Source of the DNA: Nannocystales bacterium
Lineage (GTDB): Bacteria > Myxococcota_A > Polyangia > Nannocystales > Nannocystaceae
Assembly: GCA_050633305.1 (NCBI GenBank)
Contig: JBOEGF010000023.1
Location: forward strand, 223,809-287,808
Direction of reading: 5' to 3'
DNA length: 64,000 nt
A program made the translations under genes and the position numbers. Shown here in pieces: positions 10,411 to 19,121 of this stretch. The notes under the pieces are model-generated. The model had not been told where the DNA came from and searched no databases. It saw only the letters and a list, made by a program, of their open reading frames with translations. How positions within the stretch are numbered: position 1 is the first letter of the stretch; the number at the start of each line of letters is the position of its first letter.

Positions 10411-10647
10411 CTACGCCGCAACCCGGAGTCGGTACTCGCTGTTGTCCGTCTCGACGACAAGCTCTTCGTCCGAGTGTTCAAAGCGACGAACTACGCCGGT
10501 CTGTACCACCCCGTGTTCACCCACGATCACGAGGCTGAGCCCAACTTCGGGCCTTCCCAGAACGTAGACCGGGCCGGCCGGCATCTCGGGTTGCGTCCTG
10601 GGTTTGGGGGTGAGGGGACGACGCTCCAGGGTGTAGACCTCGTTCAT
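10411..10647 (-). CDS. Small hypothetical protein
   Basis: GGAG upstream of ATG, GC3-biased frame, beta-rich sequence (VETDNSEYRL). Confidence 0.6.
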   Translation of the reverse strand: MNEVYTLERRPLTPKPRTQPEMPAGPVYVLGRPEVGLSLVIVGEHGVVQTGVVRRFEHSDEELVVETDNSEYRLRVAA

Positions 10648-10918
10648 CAGGATGCTCCGCGGCTACGCGGTGCACATGTCGATCCACGGCGACGACGCGC
10701 GAGAGCGCCCCGACTCCGGGCCACAACGGGTCGGAGATGCCGATCGATCGGCCCAGGGCAGGATGTTCGGACCCGCGCACAGTCATCCTGATGGCGAAAC
10801 ACCGCCATCAGGATGACCCCGGCTGCTCGCGTAGCCACTGGCGGCTGGTCTCGCAGCCACTTCAACCGTAAGCAGCCCAGCGGCCCGCTAAAAACGCAAT
10901 GATCCCCAGTGTAGGACT

Positions 10919-10935
10919 CTGGCACGCAGTTTGTA
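10919..10935 (+). promoter_or_regulatory. Putative sigma54 -24/-12 promoter (copy 2)
   Basis: CTGGCACGCAGTTTGTA reads as TGGCACG-N4-TTGT, one mismatch from TTGC. Confidence 0.65.
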
Positions 10936-10945
10936 ACTGCGGGGA

Positions 10946-11036
10946 GTGTCCAGGCACTGGGCAACCCGACTCCAAATCCTCCGATCCGTTCAAGTCTTCG
11001 GCCGACACTCAATCCCGGGTGTCGGTCGAAGCATTT
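10946..11036 (+). ncRNA. Candidate sigma54-dependent small RNA, paralog 2
   Basis: Same architecture as paralog 1 and fully intergenic. Substitutions in the terminator stem keep base pairing. Confidence 0.6.
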
Positions 11037-11084
11037 AAGCCGTCAGTGTTTCGGTAGAGCCCAATAGCCTTCGTCGCGTAACGC

Positions 11085-11630
11085 TTGCCGGCGAGCCGGT
11101 ACAGCCACGCCGTGTCCGAACGACGATGGTGCGCTGGCGTCCGTGCTCGCTTCGAGCAGTGGCAGATCGCCAGAATTCGAACGGTCTACCGTCGCGGCAC
11201 TGCCGTCGAGGCGGCCAGGGGTCCGGCCTTCGAGGCGATGGTCGACGAGATGCGGCGCGCACTCGACACCGCGTCGCCTCGCGCACGGCAGCGTGCAGAT
11301 GAAGACGTCCTGCACGCGGTCTTCTTCGCGCCATGGGGTCCAGCCATTCTTCACGCGGCTGCCCGATGGTGGCCGAAGCGCACTGCCAGCGTTCTCACCT
11401 ACGCCTCACCGACCGCGCTGAGGTTCTTGGTCGGCGACCTCCACGTCTCGTCGCCCCGCGTCAACCGAGTTCCACGCTGCGCATTCCGGGCCAAGGGCGG
11501 CACGCGCCTGTGTGAACAGGTCTGTCGCAGACCTTCGGAAGCCTACACTGCCAAGCAGGGGTTTCCAGTCCTGCTGGAACCCGACGTCGATGGGCCCGGA
11601 TGCACGTGGACATGGGGAACGTCGTCGTGA
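11085..11630 (+). CDS. DWARF27/DUF4033-like (beta-carotene isomerase-like) protein
   Basis: FLVG...RCAF...LCEQVCRRPSEAY...GFPVLLEPDVDGPGCTWTWG resembles the D27 C-terminal pattern WLVG...C...CxxxCKxPTQxFF...GLPL..PNFED.SC...FG. Confidence 0.6.
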   Translation: MPASRYSHAVSERRWCAGVRARFEQWQIARIRTVYRRGTAVEAARGPAFEAMVDEMRRALDTASPRARQRADEDVLHAVFFAPWGPAILHAAARWWPKRTASVLTYASPTALRFLVGDLHVSSPRVNRVPRCAFRAKGGTRLCEQVCRRPSEAYTAKQGFPVLLEPDVDGPGCTWTWGTSS

Positions 11631-13918
11631 AGCGCCGGATCATCGTGGTGGGTGCGGGCGTCGCCGGGCTCACCTGTGCGCACGAATTGTCCCGTACCGC
11701 CCAAGCCCGGAACACGTTCTCCGTCCGGGTCTTCGAGATGGGGCACAAGGTTGGAGGGCGACTCGCCAGCGCTCACAACCCGCAGCGTTGGGGTCGCAAC
11801 GAAGAACACGGGCTGCACGTTTGGTTCGGCTGGTACGACAACACGTTTCGTCTCGTGGACGAGGTCTGGCGCGACTGGAAGCGCCCCGAGGACTGTCCAT
11901 GGGTGACAATCTGGGACGGACTGCGGCCGATCTGGATCAGCGAACACGCGCTGGAGGCCGACGGAGACCTGACAATTCACCGAGTCCATCACCCACGCAA
12001 CAGCGACACCCCAGGCCACACCTCCAGGCGCTCGACGCTGGGTCGACTCTCAACGTGGCTCGACCTCCCTCGCTCGCTGCTCCGAACCTGGACAGCGCTC
12101 ACCCACAAGACACATCACGACAACCCCACGCCCCGCAGCCAGCTCGCACGGACGCTGTGGCCCCATCCGGACGTGTTCTCGTTTGATCGTCTACGTCGAC
12201 GCTTGTTTCCCTCAAGTTCGCACGCTCGGCCGCACACAGCACGCGCCGCGGCGCCACGACTCCATCGTGTTCTGCGTCGACTCCATCCGCGGTTGCGAGT
12301 GGCCGCCTTGGCCGCGGCGGGGACACACACCGAGCGGATCGAGTTGGCGCGAGTCCTCGATCTCGCGCTCTCCGTGGCGCGCGTCCTGACCAGCCCGCGC
12401 CACGGTATCTACAACGACGGCGACTTCGACCGTGTCTCGAAGTGGGAGCTGCGAGACCTGCTCCGGGAACACGGCGCCGACGAGGACTCCCTCACCAACA
12501 GTCGGCTGCTGGAGTGCCTCTACGACATCCCCTTTGCGTTCGAGGGTGGAGATCGCAGCCGACCTGTTCTCGAAGCCGGGACCGCGCTCCGATTCACGTA
12601 CCGGTTGTTCGCGGACTACAAACACGCCCTGGCCTTCCTGCTCAAGGCAGGCGCTGGGGAGACTCTGATCGCGCCGCTTCTCGACCTGGTTCGCCAACGC
12701 GGTGTTGAACTCGAGCCGTTCCACCGCTTGAAGAGCGTGCAGCTGGACCCGACCCAGCGTTTCGTCGAGCGCCTGGTCTTCGCCCGCGCGGCTCGAACGC
12801 TCGGCTGCTATGAACCATTGGTCACCGAGGGGGGCTTCCGCCGGTTTCGCGCAGCGCCGGATTGGTCGCAGCTCGAAGATGGGGACCGGCTTCGTGCCCG
12901 GGGCGTCGAGTTCTACTCGCGGTTTGGCGACCGCGGAGAGACCCAGGAGGTGGTGTTGCAGCGCGGGGTGGACTTCGACGATGTCGTCCTCGCGCTGCCC
13001 CTGGGGAGCATCGTTCCCGACGGCGACGGCCACAGTCCGGTGAGTGCTTGGCTGGCCGCGAAACCACACGTGCGGGCGTGCTTGGATCGACTGCATCTCG
13101 TCCCGACTATCGCTGCGCAGCTGTGGCTCGACGAGTCGGTCGACACGCTGGGTTGTCGTGACCGCGCAGTCGCGACCTGGGGCGAGACGTACTCCGTCGC
13201 ATGCGACATGAGCGACGTCATCGACCACGAAGCGTGGGGACCCAATGGCCCTCGCAGCAGCATCTACCTGTGCGGAGCGTGGCCCATGCGCTCACCCGCC
13301 GCCGCCTCGACCGATGCAAACGCTCTTCGTGACGACGAGGGGGACGCCCGTGCGCTGCTCGAGGAACAGCTCGCCGACCACGGGCCCTCCCTGTTTCGGC
13401 ACCCGCCAGCGCTCCATACGCCGCAGGGCTCTTCAGACCCGTGGGAGGCCCAGTACGTCCGGGTCAACGTCGAGCCGTGGGACCTCGCCGACCTCCCCCT
13501 CCCCGGTGCCGACGCCGTGCGTCTCGAAGCAAACGGGAGCGGGCTCGACAACCTGGCGCTCGCCGGTTCTTGGGTTCGCACCCCCGTGAACTCCACCAGC
13601 GTCGAGGCGGCCGTCTGCAGTGGCCTCGCTGCCGCCCGCGCACTCGGTGCGAACTGCCGCCCGATCCTCTCGGAAGACCTCTTCCGGATCCCCAACCCGA
13701 ACGTCCTCCTCCCCGGACCCTCGCACGACGATGCCCGACCATCCCACGACCCCCGAAGTCCCATGGCCCCCGACGTCCTCAGTGTCCGCGAGAACCCTGA
13801 GGCTCTCCGACGGGCAGTCGCTCGAGCTCGACCCGAGCCATCTGTGGTGGCTCGACGACGGCGACGTCGTCGTCCACGCCGCATCGCGCCCGGTGGAACT
13901 GTGGGCGGCACCGCGTAG
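11627..13918 (+). CDS. FAD/NAD(P)-binding oxidoreductase, carotenoid desaturase-like (COG3349-type)
   Basis: VVGAGVAGL Rossmann motif, GGRLAS, EEHGLHVWFGWYDN, NLALAGSW...SVEAAVCSG. GTGA overlap with the upstream stop. Confidence 0.85.
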   Translation: MKRRIIVVGAGVAGLTCAHELSRTAQARNTFSVRVFEMGHKVGGRLASAHNPQRWGRNEEHGLHVWFGWYDNTFRLVDEVWRDWKRPEDCPWVTIWDGLRPIWISEHALEADGDLTIHRVHHPRNSDTPGHTSRRSTLGRLSTWLDLPRSLLRTWTALTHKTHHDNPTPRSQLARTLWPHPDVFSFDRLRRRLFPSSSHARPHTARAAAPRLHRVLRRLHPRLRVAALAAAGTHTERIELARVLDLALSVARVLTSPRHGIYNDGDFDRVSKWELRDLLREHGADEDSLTNSRLLECLYDIPFAFEGGDRSRPVLEAGTALRFTYRLFADYKHALAFLLKAGAGETLIAPLLDLVRQRGVELEPFHRLKSVQLDPTQRFVERLVFARAARTLGCYEPLVTEGGFRRFRAAPDWSQLEDGDRLRARGVEFYSRFGDRGETQEVVLQRGVDFDDVVLALPLGSIVPDGDGHSPVSAWLAAKPHVRACLDRLHLVPTIAAQLWLDESVDTLGCRDRAVATWGETYSVACDMSDVIDHEAWGPNGPRSSIYLCGAWPMRSPAAASTDANALRDDEGDARALLEEQLADHGPSLFRHPPALHTPQGSSDPWEAQYVRVNVEPWDLADLPLPGADAVRLEANGSGLDNLALAGSWVRTPVNSTSVEAAVCSGLAAARALGANCRPILSEDLFRIPNPNVLLPGPSHDDARPSHDPRSPMAPDVLSVRENPEALRRAVARARPEPSVVARRRRRRRPRRIAPGGTVGGTA

Positions 13919-14897
13919 CCTCGACCTCGCGGGAAGCCTTCGAGGGTCTCCCTCCGCCCGCTTCATCGCCAGCGGCCCCTGCACCATCATCGGCGTCCCT
14001 ACCGAGGCCATCTCCGAGCGCGACAAGGTCGCGGCGTTGGCCGAGGAAACGCAACGTCTTTGGTCCCGCGTCGAGGCCGATGCCCGGCGCGATGACGACA
14101 CCTTCATGGATTGGGCACGACCGATTCCAGGGCCATGGTGGTTTGAGCAAGCAAAGGCCGCGGTGGTGGTCATGCAAGGCGACCCGGCCCGATTGCGAGC
14201 CTCCATGCCACGAGGCGTCCGCCCGCTTCCGGGAACGGGCGGGCGGTATCTGCTCGCGGTGACACGCTTCGATGGCGTGGGGTCGGAGGACCGGTCCGAC
14301 CGCCAGCGTTTTTCCTATCACGAGGTCACCCCGTTCCTTCCCGTCTGGTCGGGAATCCGAGGGCCCGCAACCTTCATTCCCGAGCTGTACCCCGACGCAT
14401 GGATGGCGGTGCTCTTGGGGCGGGAGATCCTGGGCTTCCCCAAACGGACGGCCCGCGTCGCGTTGCGTGAACGCGGCGGTGAGCTGATCGTCGGAGGTCG
14501 ACTCGCGCTCAAGATGCGCTGGAGCGAGGCTTGCCCTACGGTGCCGAATGCTGCCGTCGGAGCCCTCGGCCGCGCGCTCGTCCCCTTCGAGCTGACCGAG
14601 CGGGTGCTTCGAGCGGTCGTCCCAGATCGGCCGAAGTTCTCGGCGCTCGTTCACAAGCGCATCGGAGCCTCGAACACCGCCGGGCAAACGCTGGCCATCG
14701 ACGAGGTCGTCCGTGTCCCCGTGCAACTCGACCCGATCCACAAGGCCGAGAGTCTGCAGGGCCTTCAGGTCGAGGTGGGCGACGGCCCCGGGATTCTCCA
14801 CGGCAAGGCCATCGCAGGCTGGCGCCTCCACACCGGCTTCCGCTTCGGGGTGGGGCTCAAAGAGCGCTCCATTCGGACCCCGCGGGTAAACCCATGA
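13731..14897 (+). CDS. Acetoacetate decarboxylase-fold protein with a degenerate cNMP-binding-like N-terminus
   Basis: FSYHEV...FIPELYPD...AVLLGREILGFPK is the ADC family Schiff-base Lys region. Confidence 0.8.
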   Translation: MPDHPTTPEVPWPPTSSVSARTLRLSDGQSLELDPSHLWWLDDGDVVVHAASRPVELWAAPRSLDLAGSLRGSPSARFIASGPCTIIGVPTEAISERDKVAALAEETQRLWSRVEADARRDDDTFMDWARPIPGPWWFEQAKAAVVVMQGDPARLRASMPRGVRPLPGTGGRYLLAVTRFDGVGSEDRSDRQRFSYHEVTPFLPVWSGIRGPATFIPELYPDAWMAVLLGREILGFPKRTARVALRERGGELIVGGRLALKMRWSEACPTVPNAAVGALGRALVPFELTERVLRAVVPDRPKFSALVHKRIGASNTAGQTLAIDEVVRVPVQLDPIHKAESLQGLQVEVGDGPGILHGKAIAGWRLHTGFRFGVGLKERSIRTPRVNP

Positions 14898-16657
14898 AAC
14901 GGAAGCGGGTTCTGGTCCTCGGGGGCGGTTGCGCTGGGGTCGCCGCCGCCTGGGCGCTCTCGTCCACACCGCACTCGCGTCGACGTTTCGAGGTCACGCT
15001 GTTGCAGTCGGGGTGGCGACTGGGAGGCAAGGGTGCCACGGGCCGCGACCCGACACGCGGACACGCGGTGCTCGAGCACGGTCTTCATCTTTGGCTTGGC
15101 TTCTATCGAAACGCGTTCGCCATGGTCCGCGATCTGTACGATCACTGGAACGGGCCCAGCGACGGTCCACAGCGAAGCCTGGAGTCGGCATTCACTCCGG
15201 CCTACGACGTGTCACTCCGGGGAGCAGCTCGCGGAGCGTCGCAGCAGTGGACACTGAACTTTCCCCAGCTCCCCGGACGGCCTTGGGATCCGAGCCCGGG
15301 CACATCGTGGCTGGCGACATCGAAGCGGTGGCTTCAGCAACTCCCGAGCCTGTTGGGAGGGATTCCGAAACAGGACCGCCCGCTGCTGGTCTCGCTCGGG
15401 CGGACCGTCGCGCGTGGTCTTGCACGGGAGTGGGCGCGCTGGGGAGACCACGCGTGGGACCAAATGGACCGCGAGGACCTTCGCACCTGGCTTGCTCGAC
15501 ACGGGGCGACACGGGAGGTCACCGATAGCCCGCCCGTGGTGGGCCTGTACGACCTTGGGTTCGCATACCCCCACGGACGTCAGAGTGTGCGAGATGGACG
15601 GGCTGCTGCGGGCGTGGCGGTGCGGGTGTTGCTGCGCATGTTCGCGGACTACCGCGGAGCGCCACTGTGGCGAATGTCCGCCGGCATGGGGGACACCGTG
15701 TTCTCGCCCGCGTGGGACGTGCTTCGAGCCCGTGGAGTCACGCTGTCCTTGTTCCACCACGTCTTGGAGGTCCGTGCAGAGCACGGCAAGGTCTCCAAGG
15801 TCCGAGTCGGCATTCAAGCGTCAGGGTTCGAGGACTACGACCCGTTGATCGACGTCGGACCTATCCGGGCCTGGCCCGAGCGTCCCATCGAGAGCCGCCT
15901 CACCTCCGTGGCACCCGGCGCGTTGGATGGTGATGGGTCCCAGATCCCCGATGATGTGGAGCTCCACCACGGTCGAGACTTCGACGCCGTCGTGATGGCC
16001 ATTCCTGCGGCCGCGCAGCGGCACTGCGCCATCGGCCTGGCCAAAGCGAATCCCCGCTACGGAGCGATGCTGGAGGCCTGTCACACGGTCCCCACGGTCT
16101 CCGGTCAGGTTTGGATGTCGCGCAGCGCGGACACCTTGGGTCCTGACGCCGAGCCAACCGTGAGCACTGGGCATCACGGACTGTTCCGGACCCACGCCAA
16201 CATGACCGACGTCCTGAAGGCGGAAGCGTGGCGAGAGTCTCCTCGTCACCTCGCCTACCTTTGCGGCGTGGCGCCGCCCGACGTGCTCGCCGCCAGCGGA
16301 CGGGACGAAGCCCACGCTCGGCTTCGCGAACTCGCCGAGGCATGGTTTCGCCACGAGGCGCCCGCCTCCTGGCCAGGATCAGCGACCCCCTCCGGTCATT
16401 TCGACGAGGGCTCGCTGCACGTGGACCCCGGTGGTCGGCGCGAAGACGCCATCTACCTGCGAGCCAACACCGAAGCTTGGGAACGCTACGTCCTCTCCCT
16501 TCCCGGCACCACAGCCCACCGCCTGGCCCCCGACGACTCCGGCTTCGAGAACCTGTTCCTCGCGGGCGACTGGACCCGCAACGAGATCAACGGTGGAAGC
16601 GTCGAGGCGGCGGTCTCGTCGGGGATGTCGGCCGCCCGAGCAATCGAGGCCCAGTAA
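14894..16657 (+). CDS. Second FAD/NAD(P)-binding oxidoreductase (COG3349-type)
   Basis: VLGGGCAG, RLGGKGATGR, EHGLHLWLGFYRNAF, AGMGDTVF, NLFLAGDWT...GSVEAAVSSG. ATGA overlap with the upstream gene. Confidence 0.88.
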   Translation: MKRKRVLVLGGGCAGVAAAWALSSTPHSRRRFEVTLLQSGWRLGGKGATGRDPTRGHAVLEHGLHLWLGFYRNAFAMVRDLYDHWNGPSDGPQRSLESAFTPAYDVSLRGAARGASQQWTLNFPQLPGRPWDPSPGTSWLATSKRWLQQLPSLLGGIPKQDRPLLVSLGRTVARGLAREWARWGDHAWDQMDREDLRTWLARHGATREVTDSPPVVGLYDLGFAYPHGRQSVRDGRAAAGVAVRVLLRMFADYRGAPLWRMSAGMGDTVFSPAWDVLRARGVTLSLFHHVLEVRAEHGKVSKVRVGIQASGFEDYDPLIDVGPIRAWPERPIESRLTSVAPGALDGDGSQIPDDVELHHGRDFDAVVMAIPAAAQRHCAIGLAKANPRYGAMLEACHTVPTVSGQVWMSRSADTLGPDAEPTVSTGHHGLFRTHANMTDVLKAEAWRESPRHLAYLCGVAPPDVLAASGRDEAHARLRELAEAWFRHEAPASWPGSATPSGHFDEGSLHVDPGGRREDAIYLRANTEAWERYVLSLPGTTAHRLAPDDSGFENLFLAGDWTRNEINGGSVEAAVSSGMSAARAIEAQ

Positions 16658-17778
16658 TGAGCGAGATGGAAGTTGCCATCGTCGGTGGTGGGCCGGCGGG
16701 TCTCACCACCGCCCTGTCGATCGCGAGGCACGCTCCCTCCCTCCGCGACCGAATCCTCGTGCTCGAGCGTGCAACGTATCCGCGAGAGAAGATCTGCGCA
16801 GGCGCTGTGTCGGGACGCGCCTGGAGCACCCTGGTCTCACTGGGTGCTCGTCCTCGAGTCCCCGCCGTCCCGGTCGGGGGCTTTGACCTCGAAGGACACA
16901 GGCGCACTGCCCGCGCGCGGATTGGGCGGGCGGGGTTCGTGATCCGCCGAGCCGAGTTCGACGCCGACCTCGCCCAACGCGTGGCGGATGCGGGCGTTCG
17001 GGTCCAGGACGGCACGCGGGTCAAGGAACTCGCCGTGACCGAACGAGGCGCGGTGCTGGAGACCTCTCTCGGAACCCTGCGGTCGCGATTCGTCGTCGGA
17101 GCGGGCGGCGTCGGGTGCATGGTGCGGCGGCACCTCGGTTTGGGGATCGGCCGGCTGCGCGCTCATGTTGTCGAAGCCGACACCGACCCCAGCAGGTTCG
17201 ATGCGCAAGACGGGTCCCTGCGGTTCGATGGGGGACGCGACGAGCTCACCGGCTACGTCTGGGACTTCCCGACGATCGTCGCGGGCCGCCTTCGGGTCTG
17301 TCGCGGGGTCTATCAGCTTCGAGACATGAACGCTCCCGAGCACCTGCGCGGACCCGACGTCACACAGATGCTTCGACGGCACCTCGAAGACCGAGGCGTC
17401 GTCGCGGACGGAGGACGGTTCAAGCGATTCGCCGAACGGGGGTATGAGCCCGGACTCGCAATCGCCTCTCGCCGCTGCATGCTCGTCGGCGAGTCTGCAG
17501 GAGTCGATCCGGTGACGGGCGAGGGCATTGGGCCCTCGATCGAAGCAGGGTTGCTCGCAGGTCGTTTCCTGGGCGCGGCGGTCAGCAAGCGGCTCGACAG
17601 CGTCGAGGGCTGGAGTCGCCGACTTCGCCGCTCGGCGGTGGGCCTGGACCTAGCCGCGCGCAGCTTGGTGGCGACGCATTTGCTGTTGAGGCGACGCCGG
17701 ATCCTGGATCGGCTGCTGACTTCGCAGAACTATGCCCTGACCGTAGGGGCCCACTACTTCGCGGGGCGAGCGTTCTGA
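16657..17778 (+). CDS. Geranylgeranyl reductase-family FAD-dependent oxidoreductase
   Basis: IVGGGPAG, YPREKICAGA, RRAEFDADL, GYVWDFP, LVGES.GVDPVTGEGI. TAATG overlap with the upstream gene. Confidence 0.85.
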   Translation: MSEMEVAIVGGGPAGLTTALSIARHAPSLRDRILVLERATYPREKICAGAVSGRAWSTLVSLGARPRVPAVPVGGFDLEGHRRTARARIGRAGFVIRRAEFDADLAQRVADAGVRVQDGTRVKELAVTERGAVLETSLGTLRSRFVVGAGGVGCMVRRHLGLGIGRLRAHVVEADTDPSRFDAQDGSLRFDGGRDELTGYVWDFPTIVAGRLRVCRGVYQLRDMNAPEHLRGPDVTQMLRRHLEDRGVVADGGRFKRFAERGYEPGLAIASRRCMLVGESAGVDPVTGEGIGPSIEAGLLAGRFLGAAVSKRLDSVEGWSRRLRRSAVGLDLAARSLVATHLLLRRRRILDRLLTSQNYALTVGAHYFAGRAF

Positions 17779-17835
17779 GCGGGGCCACCCCCCAGTTGTC
17801 CCTCGCCGCAGCGGGCAGCCCCGGCGCGAGCCGGC

Positions 17836-19080
17836 TCAGGGTTTGGGCTCGAGTACCAGCTCGAAACGCCCGTGGTCGAACGGGGTCCCCGGTGCAGACT
17901 CGACGTGGACGAGTCGCTCGCGCATGCCTTGCTTGTCCAACTCCAGCGCCCGGTGGTGACAGAATGGATTGTTGCCCGGCTTGCCAAAGATGGGCTCGCT
18001 CGTCGCTGTGCAGCCTCCCATGCAAGGTTCGGCGTAGTAACAATCTCCGCAGAAGCCCCAGAGGTCGTTGCGAGTCCGCTGCTCGATGCGCCGCATCTGG
18101 GGCGCACGTTCCCAGATCTTCCTCAGGCCGTGCTCTCGCCATGACCCACCCGTGTTCTCCGCTCCGCCCAGCGACGGGCAGGATTTTATCGAGCCATCGG
18201 GCTCGATCCCCAGACCGCTGAGCCCCGCTTGGCATCCTGGGTAGTACGCTTTGGCGCTCATCGCCCTGCGCAAGGCGGTTTCCAGCGGACCAAAGTAGCC
18301 GAGGTTGTTGCCGGGCCAAACGACGACGCCGTGTGCTCGGCAACGCTCGAGCATGCGCTCGACCTCTTCGAACACGTCCAACATCATGTACGGCTGCAGG
18401 ACGAGGTCCGGATGGTCCGCGGCCCCTCCATGGGGGATCGTCAAGAACATCTGCCAGCTCGCGATCCCTGCCTCACCCAGACGATCCGCAAGCGGAACGA
18501 TTTGGCTGAGCGTACGGCGATTGATCTGGGTGTTGGCGCAGGCGGTCGCCCCCGCACGCTTGACGTGGGCGATGCCCTCCAGTGCGCGTGCCCAGCTTCC
18601 CTCGCGGCGTCGTAGTGCGTCGTGAGTCTCTTCGAGCCCGTCGATCGAGAACGAGACGAGTTGGAGCCCAGCCTCGACCGCGGCCTCGATGTGTTGCTGC
18701 GTGAAGCCGTAGCCACCCGTGGTCATGCTCGCCTTCATGCCGCGCTCTCGGATCGCTCGAATGACCAGCAAGAAGTCGGGGCGGAGATAGGCCTCGCCAC
18801 CGATCAAGATGACTTCGCCGACCCCCATTTCGGCGAGCTCCTCGACCAAGCGCAGCGACTCGTCGGTGCTCAGTTCGTTCCGAAGCGTCTTGCCCGAGCG
18901 GGGACCGCATGAGACGCACGCCTGATCGCACGCTTGCGTGAACGCCCAGACCGCGAGCGTTGGCGTGGGTCGGCGCGGCATCGGACCTTCGAGGAACGCT
19001 CGGTTCTTCGAAGGCGGCAATGCATCGACGATCGGGAGGCTCTGCCGAACCCGCTCGAGCCTTTCGTTGCGCTGTGCCAA
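17836..19080 (-). CDS. Radical SAM/SPASM peptide maturase, PlpX-like splicease family
   Basis: CDQACVSC, LIGGEAYLR, SMTTGGYG, NTQINR, PGNNLGYFGP, CQAG..LGIEPDGSIKSCPSL, LWGFCGDC...CMGGC, GNNPFCHHRAL, PFDHGRFEL. Confidence 0.88.
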   Translation of the reverse strand: MAQRNERLERVRQSLPIVDALPPSKNRAFLEGPMPRRPTPTLAVWAFTQACDQACVSCGPRSGKTLRNELSTDESLRLVEELAEMGVGEVILIGGEAYLRPDFLLVIRAIRERGMKASMTTGGYGFTQQHIEAAVEAGLQLVSFSIDGLEETHDALRRREGSWARALEGIAHVKRAGATACANTQINRRTLSQIVPLADRLGEAGIASWQMFLTIPHGGAADHPDLVLQPYMMLDVFEEVERMLERCRAHGVVVWPGNNLGYFGPLETALRRAMSAKAYYPGCQAGLSGLGIEPDGSIKSCPSLGGAENTGGSWREHGLRKIWERAPQMRRIEQRTRNDLWGFCGDCYYAEPCMGGCTATSEPIFGKPGNNPFCHHRALELDKQGMRERLVHVESAPGTPFDHGRFELVLEPKP

Positions 19081-19121
19081 CCGCGCTAGGCTAACTCAGT
19101 TTTGTCTGTTATTATAGATTT

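Noticed and set aside
6892..11032. Repeat pair as IS ends, att sites or integron attC sites
   Set aside because: No transposase or integrase is present, the copies are direct and diverged, and no clear RYYYAAC/GTTRRRY boxes frame the hairpin. Promoter plus terminator architecture fits an sRNA better.
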